Shown: piece after piece, positions 14,139 through 24,990 of the stretch
Numbering within the stretch: the stretch's first letter is position 1
Layout of the letters: each line of letters begins with the position of its first letter
DNA from: Schmidtea polychroa
Taxonomy: Eukaryota
Direction of reading: 5' to 3'
Length of the DNA stretch: 64,000 nt
NCBI GenBank assembly: GCA_044892525.1
Contig: CM097885.1
Location: 222,518,001 to 222,582,000, forward strand
Notes under the pieces: generated by a model
Database searches by the model: none
Seen by the model: only the letters and a program-made list of their open reading frames with translations
What the model was told of the DNA's origin: nothing
Program-made: the position numbers and the translations under genes

Positions 14139-15520
14139 TAGAGAATGCAATACAGGAGGAAATCTCAATACCGGTATTTCGGTATTGCAAAATGATAATA
14201 CCGGGATACCGGTATTAAAACCAGCTTTCAAAAAAATAATTTTTTAAAAAATTCAGTGTTAAATTTATTGAATAAATTTTTAATAAATATAAAAAAAGTT
14301 TTACATAATTCACAAATTAAAGATAAAAAAACACAAAGTTATATGAAATAAACAAATTAAACATAAAATAACATAAAATTCATTAAGATTTTCAGCTTCC
14401 TTTAAAAAGTCTTCTTAAAAAACAGAGAGCGTCAAAGGTTTTATCATCCAGTCTGCATCGGAATTTGTTTAGAATTTTCACTGGGAGCAGAAAAAGCCTA
14501 TTTCAGATTCAACACTGGTTGGACGAATAGTTAAAAGTAGATTATAAATTTGTTCTAAATATTTTCCCTGTACTCCTTTATCATCAAATAGATTTATTTC
14601 TTTTTTCAAACACTTTGTTAAATCACCAGTTCTGGCTTTTTCCTAATAACAGTGTAATTTTTTTGTTTTAAAATTGCTTCGTCCAACTTTTCCTTCAATG
14701 AAATTTCTAATTTATCTACTAATTATATTAAGTCTTTCTCAGCCCTATTGACGTCGGAATCTAAAATTTCATTTGATTGCTCTAGTAGAGCTGTATTTTG
14801 ATTCCAAAGATTCATTTGCTTAACAATATCCAACAGTGATTTAACAATTGTTGATTTCGATATACGAGAAAAATTGAAAGTTCGGTTGATGATTTGACTA
14901 GAATCTGTGTAACCTTTATGTAGATAGACAATTAGATCAGACAGCTCCGTTCTTCTTTCAGATACGCGTTCCATCAAGGTGCTTCGAACTTCTGTGCTCA
15001 GTGATGACTTTATCAGTGAAGACTATCAAACATAAATTTAAATGTCATATCTGCGGAAAGTAAGTTGGCATCTTCACGACATAGTGACTCAACTGCTAGC
15101 TTTACTGGCAATAGCGTGGACACTGTTAAGGAAACTGTTTCAAAATCAGAATCAGTAAAATTTATATTTAAATTTAAATTTATAGCTGATTTTTTTATGC
15201 TTGATTTTAATTTGTAAAAACGTTTTCTACGATTTAAATAATCCTGATACAACTTGCTACAACTTACTCTGATACGATAAAACTGTACTTGTTTATTAAT
15301 TCACACTAAAAAATTTATGTGGTGTGCAGTTTATAGGGGGTGCCCCGATTTTGAAGTGTTTTCGTGTAAATAGAACGGCATTTATTTTTTTATTTGTTAA
15401 AATAAAAGTTAAATAAAAGTTTGTTAAAATAAAATGCATTTTTTGTTGTTTAAAATAATATTTTAATTTAATAGCGAAATACCGGTATTGGATCTTCGAT
15501 TACAGGTATTTTATACTTTA
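14139..15520 (-). mobile_element. hAT DNA transposon, internally deleted
   Basis: Terminal/subterminal inverted repeats sharing CAATACCGGTATTTCG. 8-bp TSD gactcgat (14131-14138) / aactcgat (15521-15528). Minus-strand transposase pieces: LLPVKLAVESLCREDANLLSAD, and the dimerisation domain LLTIRPTSVESE..AFS...RCRLDDKTFDALCFLR. Confidence 0.92.
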
Positions 15521-16123
15521 AACTCGATCATGATTGATTTTGTGAGGTTTAAAATTATTCTAAAGATTTCTATAAATTTGATTTTAACTATATATATAAT
15601 TATTAAAGGTTTTATTTGTTACTTATTTTTACTTTAAAATAAGTATCAAGTAAAACCTTTAATAATTATATATTGTTAAAATCAAATTTAAAATTACAAT
15701 AAAACGTTTAATAAAGTTTTATTAAAAATATAGGTTTAATAAAATTTAACTGAAATTAATTTAAAAAAATTAATCACAATAAAAAATTACAGTAATTAAA
15801 AATCATATGTATGAATATTTAAAAAGATCCTGTTAAGAAAAATTGCATATTTTGAATTCTCCTAACTTTGTTTAAATATTGTGTAAAAATAAATATATTT
15901 TATTGAAAGCGTGAATTTACTCAATGCAATTAACACCTTAAGTACGGAAAAAGAAGATACTAACAGATTTCATTGTTTTTAAATATCTATATAATCTCTT
16001 TAAATAATAATTGCATGAGCACCAATTTTCAAATAGAGCCATCTCTTTTGAAACATTTGAAGTCAACTTCTTGGAATTCGTCAAGTTTGGGAACTATCGT
16101 AGGCAATCTGGTTATTGATGTAG

Positions 16124-16325
16124 GATTTATTAATTGGATTTCAAATTTTCATGAAGGTCTAAAATTAATTTACGGTATTTATTTGGTGTTGGAACTAAAA
16201 TAAACTCATTATGTAAGTAATCCAGATTTATTAATTGGATTTCAAATTTTCATGAAGGTCTAAAATTAATTTACGGTATTTATTTGGTGTTGGAACTAAA
16301 ATAAACTCATTATGTAAGTAATCCA
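16124..16325. repeat. Perfect tandem duplication of a 101-bp unit (2 copies)
   Basis: gatttattaattgg...gtaagtaatcca starts at 16124 and again at 16225; the two copies are identical on reading. Confidence 0.95.
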
Positions 16326-17435
16326 GACGGCGTCGTTTCATTTGATTAGTTTAACCTGCAAACAGTTTTTGACTAATAATAATATCTAAATCCTGCAGTT
16401 TTTAAACATAAAACTTATAACAATGTTGAATATAAAAGGTAAGAGTATGTTCTTCTAACTTCATGTATAAAACATCAATAATTGCATGTAGTACATCTTT
16501 CCAATTTCTGTCATAACACTGTTTATATTTGTGATGAGAGACGAATTTCCTTTTCAACATAATTTCTTGTTTCATCAGCGTAATTTAAAACAATTTTACA
16601 AATTTTACTCATCGATTTAGGTACTGATAAAAGGAATAAATTTGAACAATTACACGATTTCACTCCCGGGTGCACAAGAATGTTATCCAAATGTTATCCA
16701 AATATATCAAAATAATATAATATATAATTTATAACTAAATATGAAAAGTGTCAAAGCAATTCAGGAAAACAATTGGCTAGACAAGCAGAAATATAGAAAA
16801 TGGAATAAAAGGTACTTCTGTAATCCAATTCCTTTCCATTATGCATTCAACAATGAAATATTATTAAAATAAATTACAGAATAAAAAGAAATTTTCGAGT
16901 TCAATTATTCAAAAAACCATTTGGGCAATTCTTCTATGGGTCTCGCATGGGTGAATTTTGTCTCATCAATTCCTGACATCCACAATAATAGTTATGATTA
17001 ATGATAGAAAACATCCATCACAAAAGTCATTATCAATTTAGGTAATTTTTAATAAGCTAATTTCTATCTGCTGATATAAATTCTTGAATAATTTGATTTT
17101 TTTGGAGAAAATTGATTTATTAATTTTCAGAACCACTTGCAAATCATTTATAATTAATTTATATTTAATTTATACATCACATTTTGAATTTGGAATATGA
17201 AATTTGGATTTTATAATTCCATTTTAAAAATATTAGTCATATCAATTTGAAAATAAAAAATTTTGTAANNNNNNNNNNNNNNNNNNNNNNNNNNNNNNNN
17301 NNNNNNNNNNNNNNNNNNNNNNNNNNNNNNNNNNNNNNNNNNNNNNNNNNNNNNNNNNNNNNNNNNNNNNNNNNNNNNNNNNNNNNNNNNNNNNNNNNNN
17401 NNNNNNNNNNNNNNNNNNNNNNNNNNNNNNNNNNN

Positions 17436-17911
17436 TTATCGCGTCTGTGCGCGTGTTACTTTTTGGAGTTGTATTTATTAGTGCTGTGCCTAGCAGGCTT
17501 TTTTTTCGAGTACCAAGTAGTTGAAGGCTACTTTTGCCAAACCGAGTATTTGAAGCGGTATAATTTTTTTTACATTTTTGTATTTGTTATGGGATTAATT
17601 ATGGGATTCAAATGATGTTTATTCACTTAAACACTTTATTGTTTATTGTTCAATTTAGTAAACCTAATGAACTTTTTAATGTGATTACCCTTAAGATCAT
17701 TGAATGACACCGATGATTCTTCTTGTGAATTTATTTGATTTGGACTAACTGGTACTACATGGAAATTATTCTAGAATTCAAGTGGATACTTGGCATTATT
17801 TGCTGATACGAACAAAGAATTCGAATTGTCTACTTCACAAATGAAAAACCGAAAACAGTTATTCGGTCTACCCTAGTATTTATATATGTGGGCGCACACA
17901 GGCGCGAACAA
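17436..17911. repeat. Segment bounded by GC-rich inverted motifs (TTATCGCGTCTGTGCGC / GCGCACACAGGCGCGAACAA), flanked by N-runs
   Basis: Inverted motif pair at 17436-17452 and 17892-17911. The same motif family recurs at 32996-33104. Confidence 0.5.
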
Positions 17912-19371
17912 TATTTTTTTTTGATTTTTATGAANNNNNNNNNNNNNNNNNNNNNNNNNNNNNNNNNNNNNNNNNNNNNNNNNNNNNNNNNNNNNNNNNN
18001 NNNNNNNNNNNNNNNNNNNNNNNNNNNNNNNNNNNNNNNNNNNNNNNNNNNNNNNNNNNNNNNNNNNNNNNNNNNNNNNNNNNNNNNNNNNNNNNNNNNN
18101 NNNNNNNNNNNNNNNNNNNNNNNNNNNNNNNNNNNNNNNNNNNNNNNNNNNNNNNNNNNNNNAATTGATTTTATTTTGTTACACTAAAATTGAAAATAGT
18201 AATATTTATCATATATTTTTTATAGATCTACTAAATTTGAAAAGAAATGTCTAAAAATTTATTTTGCAATATTAAAATATAAATTGATTTGTTCATTTTT
18301 CTCATTACCTGGATTAATGTGACAAGTTCAAGAAATCGCAAATTTCAAAAAGGAAAAAAGGCATTGATGAAAAGAAACTGTGTAGGAATTACTTCAAAAA
18401 AAATCACGTGGCCAAGAATTGTCGTAAATAATCTTTATGTAAGGTTTCCGGATATAACTAAAGGCACAATGAATTATTACACGAAAGATAACACAGTGAG
18501 TAGAGTGAAAAAGTTAACAACACGATGTTGACCAAGAAAGGAATGAACTAGAAAAACCTTATTAACTAGAAAAGACCTTATCGTTAATTAAAATATTAAT
18601 TTTCTTCAGACAGTTAGTTAATAATTACAGTTGATATTATTAAATATGAAGCTCAAAACGTTATTTAAAGAAACTCATTAAAAAATCAAAATAATGACTT
18701 GAAGCAAGAAGTGTTAAAATCCGGATATTTTAAAATAATTTTACAAGTATAAGAATATATTTTTGGTTGTAAAAGGACATATCTCACTATTTTAATAAAA
18801 TTACCTAAATAGTCAGAATGTCAATTTCTATTAACAGCTATTTAAAATTATTTTTATCAACAATGTCAATTTGTTATTTAATTAAAATTAAAAATTAAAC
18901 AGTTATTTTTCAAAATTATTTTTCCGAATCAAAGTTTTAGAGGAAGCATTTACAAGAAATATTTCATAATTGACAGCTATTTCAGACTTTATAATTTATA
19001 ATTTTAAATTATGTTTCATAATATTTCATATAATGACAAATATTTAACTTATTATCTATCACAGAAAATAAATTGGTTTTAATGAATTTATGCATACATT
19101 TTAAATTTTTCATAAAAGCCGATAAAAAACCCTAAGGGACTTCGCCAGGACTTAGAAATTCTTTCAAAGCAACCATGTTGTTTGCAATTAAAAATATATT
19201 GAAGTTATTTTTTCAACTTTTAATTGTTGGGATAATTTTTTATTTTCAATGAATAATATTTAACTAAATTTTAAGTTTAAAGTACTTTAGATGTTAAACG
19301 GTCTTTATTAAATTTAATTTGTTTGTTTTATATAAATATATTAAATATTACTAATTCTTTTTTGAAAATTA

Positions 19372-19374
<3 letters not shown>

Positions 19375-19449
<75 letters not shown>
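19375..19449. repeat. Compound (TA)n(TG)n microsatellite
   Basis: Read directly. Other (TA)n tracts at about 22718-22791, 24294-24368, 34483-34520 and 54812-54837; (TAT)n at about 19797-19858 and 51040-51120. Confidence 0.95.
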
Positions 19450-19450
<1 letters not shown>

Positions 19451-19809
19451 TGAGAATGTAAAATTAAAATAATTTTAAAATAAAAAGTTAAATGAAAACC
19501 AGATGAAATAGGGACATAAAGATGTGATTGGAGACTGAATTGATACAAAAATAAATAAATTGGGAACAAACTTGGAAGACGGCATAATTGAGTGAGAAAG
19601 GCATTACAATTTCGAGATAATTAAAAACCAATATATGAAATATGTATGTGAAAATGTGATAGCAATATTTAATAGAAACAGTTAAAGAAAAATGCATAAT
19701 TAGATATGAATGTTACTTTGGGAGTATATAGAAAATATCAATTTTTAATTTTGTGTAAAATATAAATGTTAATTAATTAATTGCAAAAAACATATTATTT
19801 TTATTATTA

Positions 19810-19856
<47 letters not shown>

Positions 19857-20129
19857 TTGTTGAAAATAATATATTTAATACAAATGAAAAGATTTTCAAC
19901 TATAAAAATAGTCCTTGTCAATTTCCTGGAATTTAGTTTCTTCTATTTTCAAATGCTTTCTGATCTTCTAGTTTATTTCCTTTTCTTACTTCTCATTGGT
20001 TAAAAATAATAATAAACTTTTTTCTGAAGAATTTAAAAATTTTAAATTCAAAACAAAACACTTAAAAGAAAAGTTTTTAAATTTTTAAAGTTTCTACAAA
20101 CTTGACATGAAAATAGAAAAGCAAATTTC

Positions 20130-20420
20130 ATCATACAATTTAAATAAACCAACTGTGTATAAACGATATTTTGATAATATTTTTTTAGTGTTTCAGAATC
20201 GTGTCCATGTAATGCCTTTCTAAGATTATATGAATGATTTGCACATGAATATTAAATTTACGTGTGAAAAAAATGTTTATGATACTGTTTTTGGATCTGC
20301 TTATTCAATGGAAGAAAAGGACTATCAGACTGAAATATACTGAAAAGCAACTGACACTGGTTTTTATACTACTCCGGAGATCTTTTGTGAATATAAATAC
20401 AAGCGAAATATGGTGAGTAG
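20130..20420 (+). mobile_element. Penelope-like retroelement RT fragment
   Basis: NKPTVYKRYFDNIFLVFQNRVHVMPF*DYMNDLHMNIKFTCEK...DLLI...YQTEIY*KATDTG, a degenerate RYVDD plus N..H.NIKFT.E PLE RT signature. Confidence 0.85.
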
Positions 20421-20770
20421 TAGTAATAGATCATCATTTTATTTTTTTGTTATTTACTTCATTGGTATAAGATTATATAGATTCAGATAGGAAGTTGCTT
20501 AATAATATTATTTCTAAGTATAGTTATAAGATAACACCAATGAAGCATTCTTTTCACGATATATTTCAACAGTTTTCCTGTCATCATCAGTTGCGATATA
20601 ATAACTATATAAATTAAGGATTTTAAACAAATTTATTAATTATATAAAACAAATTTTTATTTAATAAAAACATTTAATTATTTTTAAAAATTATAATTAA
20701 ATGAATATATTATTTTTAAATTTTAGCATTTAAAATTTAATTTAATAATTTAAAAACTTTTATTAATTAT

Positions 20771-21480
20771 TTAATTTAACACAACAATCAATACATACAA
20801 TATACAAAAAAAATATTTAAAAACACTTAAAATACAAGTATTCACTGCATTCTGCACAATAATTTTCGGATTCAATGACTTTATCAACAACGCATCACAA
20901 ATCACATGTTCCCAATAATTATCAAAATATTTTAATAAAATTTTAAAATCAGACATACCTATTTTAATCTTACAGCCCTTATTGTGCTCACTAATGTGGG
21001 TCAAAGTCTTCGGTTTACAATGTTCTCGAGCTCGAATACAGAGATGACGGGAAGTCTCTCCAATGTATGTGGCATTACACCCATTACATGTAAACTGATA
21101 AACGAGATCGGAACACAATTCGACCGGAGTTTTGACTTATTAATAAACATATTGCGTACTTTCTATGAAGTTGACATTATCCTATAAATTAAATTCCTTA
21201 ACTGCTTTCTTATCTTCACTTTAACTAACACAAATTTAGGCTCATCCTCCTTGCTCACACTATTTAATTTAAATTATTTTTAAATTATTTAAATTATTTA
21301 AATTAATTTAAATTATTTAATTTAAATTATCAGATTCACACTCCTCAACAACATCGCACCCAGATTTTCTCAAACATGGATCCTTAGGATTTTTAATAAA
21401 TTTGTCAACAGTCATCCACATACCGTTTATAAACAGTGGGTTTCATAGATTGGAAAGATGCCATTTTCTTATATTTATCT
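20771..21480 (-). mobile_element. Penelope-like retroelement relic: RT piece plus GIY-YIG endonuclease
   Basis: ORF 20771-21118 LVYQFTCNGCNATYIGETSRHLCIRAREH...DALLIKSLNPKI is a GIY-YIG endonuclease. Upstream at about 21400-21470: KPTVYKRYVDDC. Confidence 0.9.
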
Positions 21481-22711
21481 TCAAATCCTTTCGGGCTATA
21501 TATCATTAAGTTGTTTTTGTTTGAATTTAAATCTGAATGAAATCCTGATGTTTCTATATTTGTTTCATCGTAAATTCGTAATGTAAGATTTATTTAGAAA
21601 TTGTTTAGTTGTATTTTTAAAAGAAATATAAAACGCTATGCTAAGCAATCCTTCAGTAAAACAAATGATAAAAATATGAATTATAAATAAATATACGGCT
21701 TTTTCATTCAAATATTTCAATAATTTTAATGCAAAAAAAAATTCATTTTTTAATTAATAGTTTTTCATATTTTTACTTACCAGTACTTTAATGAAATTTT
21801 ACTGAATTGAAACCCCTTATTTTAATTTTAAATCACTGAAATTGAATATTTATGATTTTTTTTTTAAAATAACCTCTGAGAAGTTCCGACAAAACTCATA
21901 ATTTATTTATATTTTATAGCGTAAACCAATTAATTTTTAAAATGATGCTTGCAATTATAAATTCTGTGGTGAAAATCTAGCAACATCTAATTAACGCAAA
22001 CTGAATATTTTAGTAATTTGATACTAAAATATTACTAATTCTAATTGATAATTTGTTGAACATTATTAAGATTTCCTCATATTTCCCAACCAAACTCAAC
22101 TACAAAGAGTTTGCCCGTCATCAATTTGATACAACACTCAACGAGTGCCCCAACACGGTTCCCAAATGGTTTAATAATTAAATTAAAACAATAAAATTAT
22201 AATTTTTCGGTGAATGTTAAAATTTAACTGCAAAATTTGATAGTAGAAAACTATTTATTTTCCTGGATTTTAGTTTCATCAAGGCGTCAATTAATTTAAT
22301 CTTTTAAATATGCTTTTTGTTATGTTTTTGTTTTATTGGTGTCGAATAATTTCAATAAGATTCAGAAATTTCCGACTGATTTACTTTTACATTATAAAAT
22401 TTTGAGTTTTTCACCATATTATTTAAATTAGTAATAATTTCACGGTTGAAATATTTTTTACACTATTTTTGACATAAATAGCAAATTTGTATTATTTGGT
22501 TTGGAATGACAAAACATTTACAAAAGTCAATTATAAATTTCGGCAATCGCCTTTAAAATTAACTGAAAAAAGGTTTGCTGTGTTGAAATACTCAATATAA
22601 AACAAACCGATAACCAAAATTTTGGATAGTTTCAGATAAATTTAGGTAAAAATTAACAATAAATTAATAAAACACTTAAACAATATAAATAATTATCAAT
22701 AATTGAATACA

Positions 22712-22794
<83 letters not shown>

Positions 22795-24289
22795 GGTCAA
22801 AAAGAAAGTTTATAGTAAAATGAATTTTTTTTTGAAAATAAACATTTTAAAGTAGTTACTCATAAAAATAATATTAAAAAATTTATAAAAAAATATTCAC
22901 GCTATAATTCATTTTACTTTTAAAATTAAGTGAAAGGGATAAAGTGCAAAAATTAATTTTATTTATTTCGAACTGGTAAAAAGAGAAAAAGATCAAAAAT
23001 AAGCTTTATTTGCAAAATTAATCTTATAAGCTTGTTGCACTTTAAAAGATCTAATTTTAATTTTATCTAAATTACATTTTAAAATTATTAAAGAATATAG
23101 TATCAAAGGAAAATGTCACTTGTAATTAAATTATTTATTAATATAAAATTTTTAAATTTTTTGCTCCAATGATAGTTTTCAATTAAAATGTTGAAGATAA
23201 ATATTTTATTCATAATATTGATTGCAAGTATTGTTTCAAATATTTTTATTCCTCCAAGGAATGTGTGAGAATATTATATTGGGGATATACTAAATTAAAT
23301 TTACATAAAAGTAATAAAAAAATACATTAGGAAATTGCAAAATGGATAATATTTTCCTGGGAACAAGTGGAAACAGTTAGTAAGTGAAACATAAAGACGA
23401 ATACAATATTTTAACATGATGTAGGTCCCAGACGAAGCAACTGCGTAAATACAGACTAATTAATTAAATAAATTTTTTTGATTAATTTTTCTATTTGGAA
23501 AACAAAACCGCTGAGTTTGACAAGTACTTTGTTGGCTTGTTATTCTGAAGTAGCGTAATGAAATTTTAATTTATTTGGTGATATCTGTGAAAATACGAAA
23601 ATATTGTTGGATTATGTCAGATCATTTTGCCATTTTGTGGTCAACAGAGATGTGTTAGTGAGTGAGAGCTGGGGATTTTTGAGTTTGATAAAACTTGTGA
23701 AGTATCAGAGTACTATTTACTATAAAGATTTAAAAGAGAAGAATAAAGTAGACTTAGAGTACTATTAATATTCTATTAAATTTCTAAATATTTTCAGACA
23801 TAACAACATAGTTAGGTGTAGAATCTAGAGATCTTTAAAAAGAATTGTTGACATGATTGCATTAGCTACAACTTGTTAATGTGAGTAAAGATATTCAATT
23901 CCGATTAAGATTAAAACAAATTATATACCAGTAAATTAAAAGTCCAAAATGACATAAGACATTCGCTTTCTGAAAATAAGCCAAAATTTGAAAATCGAAT
24001 TGAAAAATAAATTCCTGTTTCTCATTAAATAATTATCATTAGTTATATTTTTTAAATATATTTTAATTTAAACAATAAATTCAATTTTTTAATTATAGTT
24101 GCTAAGTATATCCTTTTTAAAATGTCTTTCAAAGGATAAAGAAATATTTAGAATTATCATTATGTAAATTCCCATATAAATTCACTATTTTTACAGGTAT
24201 TATTCTAGTAATTAATCTTAGAAAAATATAAATAAATAATACTTGATTGTTTATATAAAACTGAATCTTATTAATAGTGTGTGTATGTG

Positions 24290-24372
<83 letters not shown>

Positions 24373-24553
24373 CAAAGTTTTATACTCTCAAACTACTGTG
24401 TGTTTGTAAGTAGATCAGATTGCACAAATGTCGGGGTTTGATATGATATGTTTTCCGTTAATTATCACGCGCTTCTGACTGCATACAGCTAATGTTTATG
24501 TGTACGTCTTTTTCTGTTATAGTATATTTCATTTATAAATATTTTCACTTTCA

Positions 24554-24682
24554 CTAAGTCACATTTAATATGTTATAAGCAGAAACATATTTACATTGCC
24601 GGATAGATGAACACATATCTTTTGGTGACATAAATTTAGAATTATGGAACAAATGGAAAATACATCCGGTTCTTTCCACATT
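24554..24682 (-). CDS. Candidate second coding exon of the protocadherin
   Basis: Consensus donor GAT|GTAAGT at 25015/25014, just before the ORF stop. Acceptor ttttatAG at 24684-24683 is followed by a phase-0 open frame of 42 codons, NVERTGCIFHLFHNSKFMSPKDMCSSIRQCKYVSAYNILNVT*. Confidence 0.45.
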   Translation of the reverse strand, partial: NVERTGCIFHLFHNSKFMSPKDMCSSIRQCKYVSAYNILNVT

Positions 24683-24990
24683 CTATAAAATACTTAAATA
24701 ATCACAATTTTAATTTAATTGTGCTTTGGTGTATTTTATATTTAACCACAAAATATGTTACGTATATATAACGTCTAAATTCTATTTATTTATTTGAAAA
24801 TTTTGACTATGAATCAGTAAAGATATCCATGTTTTTTTGATATTCACGAATTTTCTGGACAGCCTTTTCAAGTGATATTGATTAAATTTCAATTGAAAAG
24901 AAATCAAAAATGCAAATTGAAAGAAAGTTATTATAATTCTAAATTCTCTGCATATAGCAGATTTAATTTGGAAATGTTATATGATGAATA

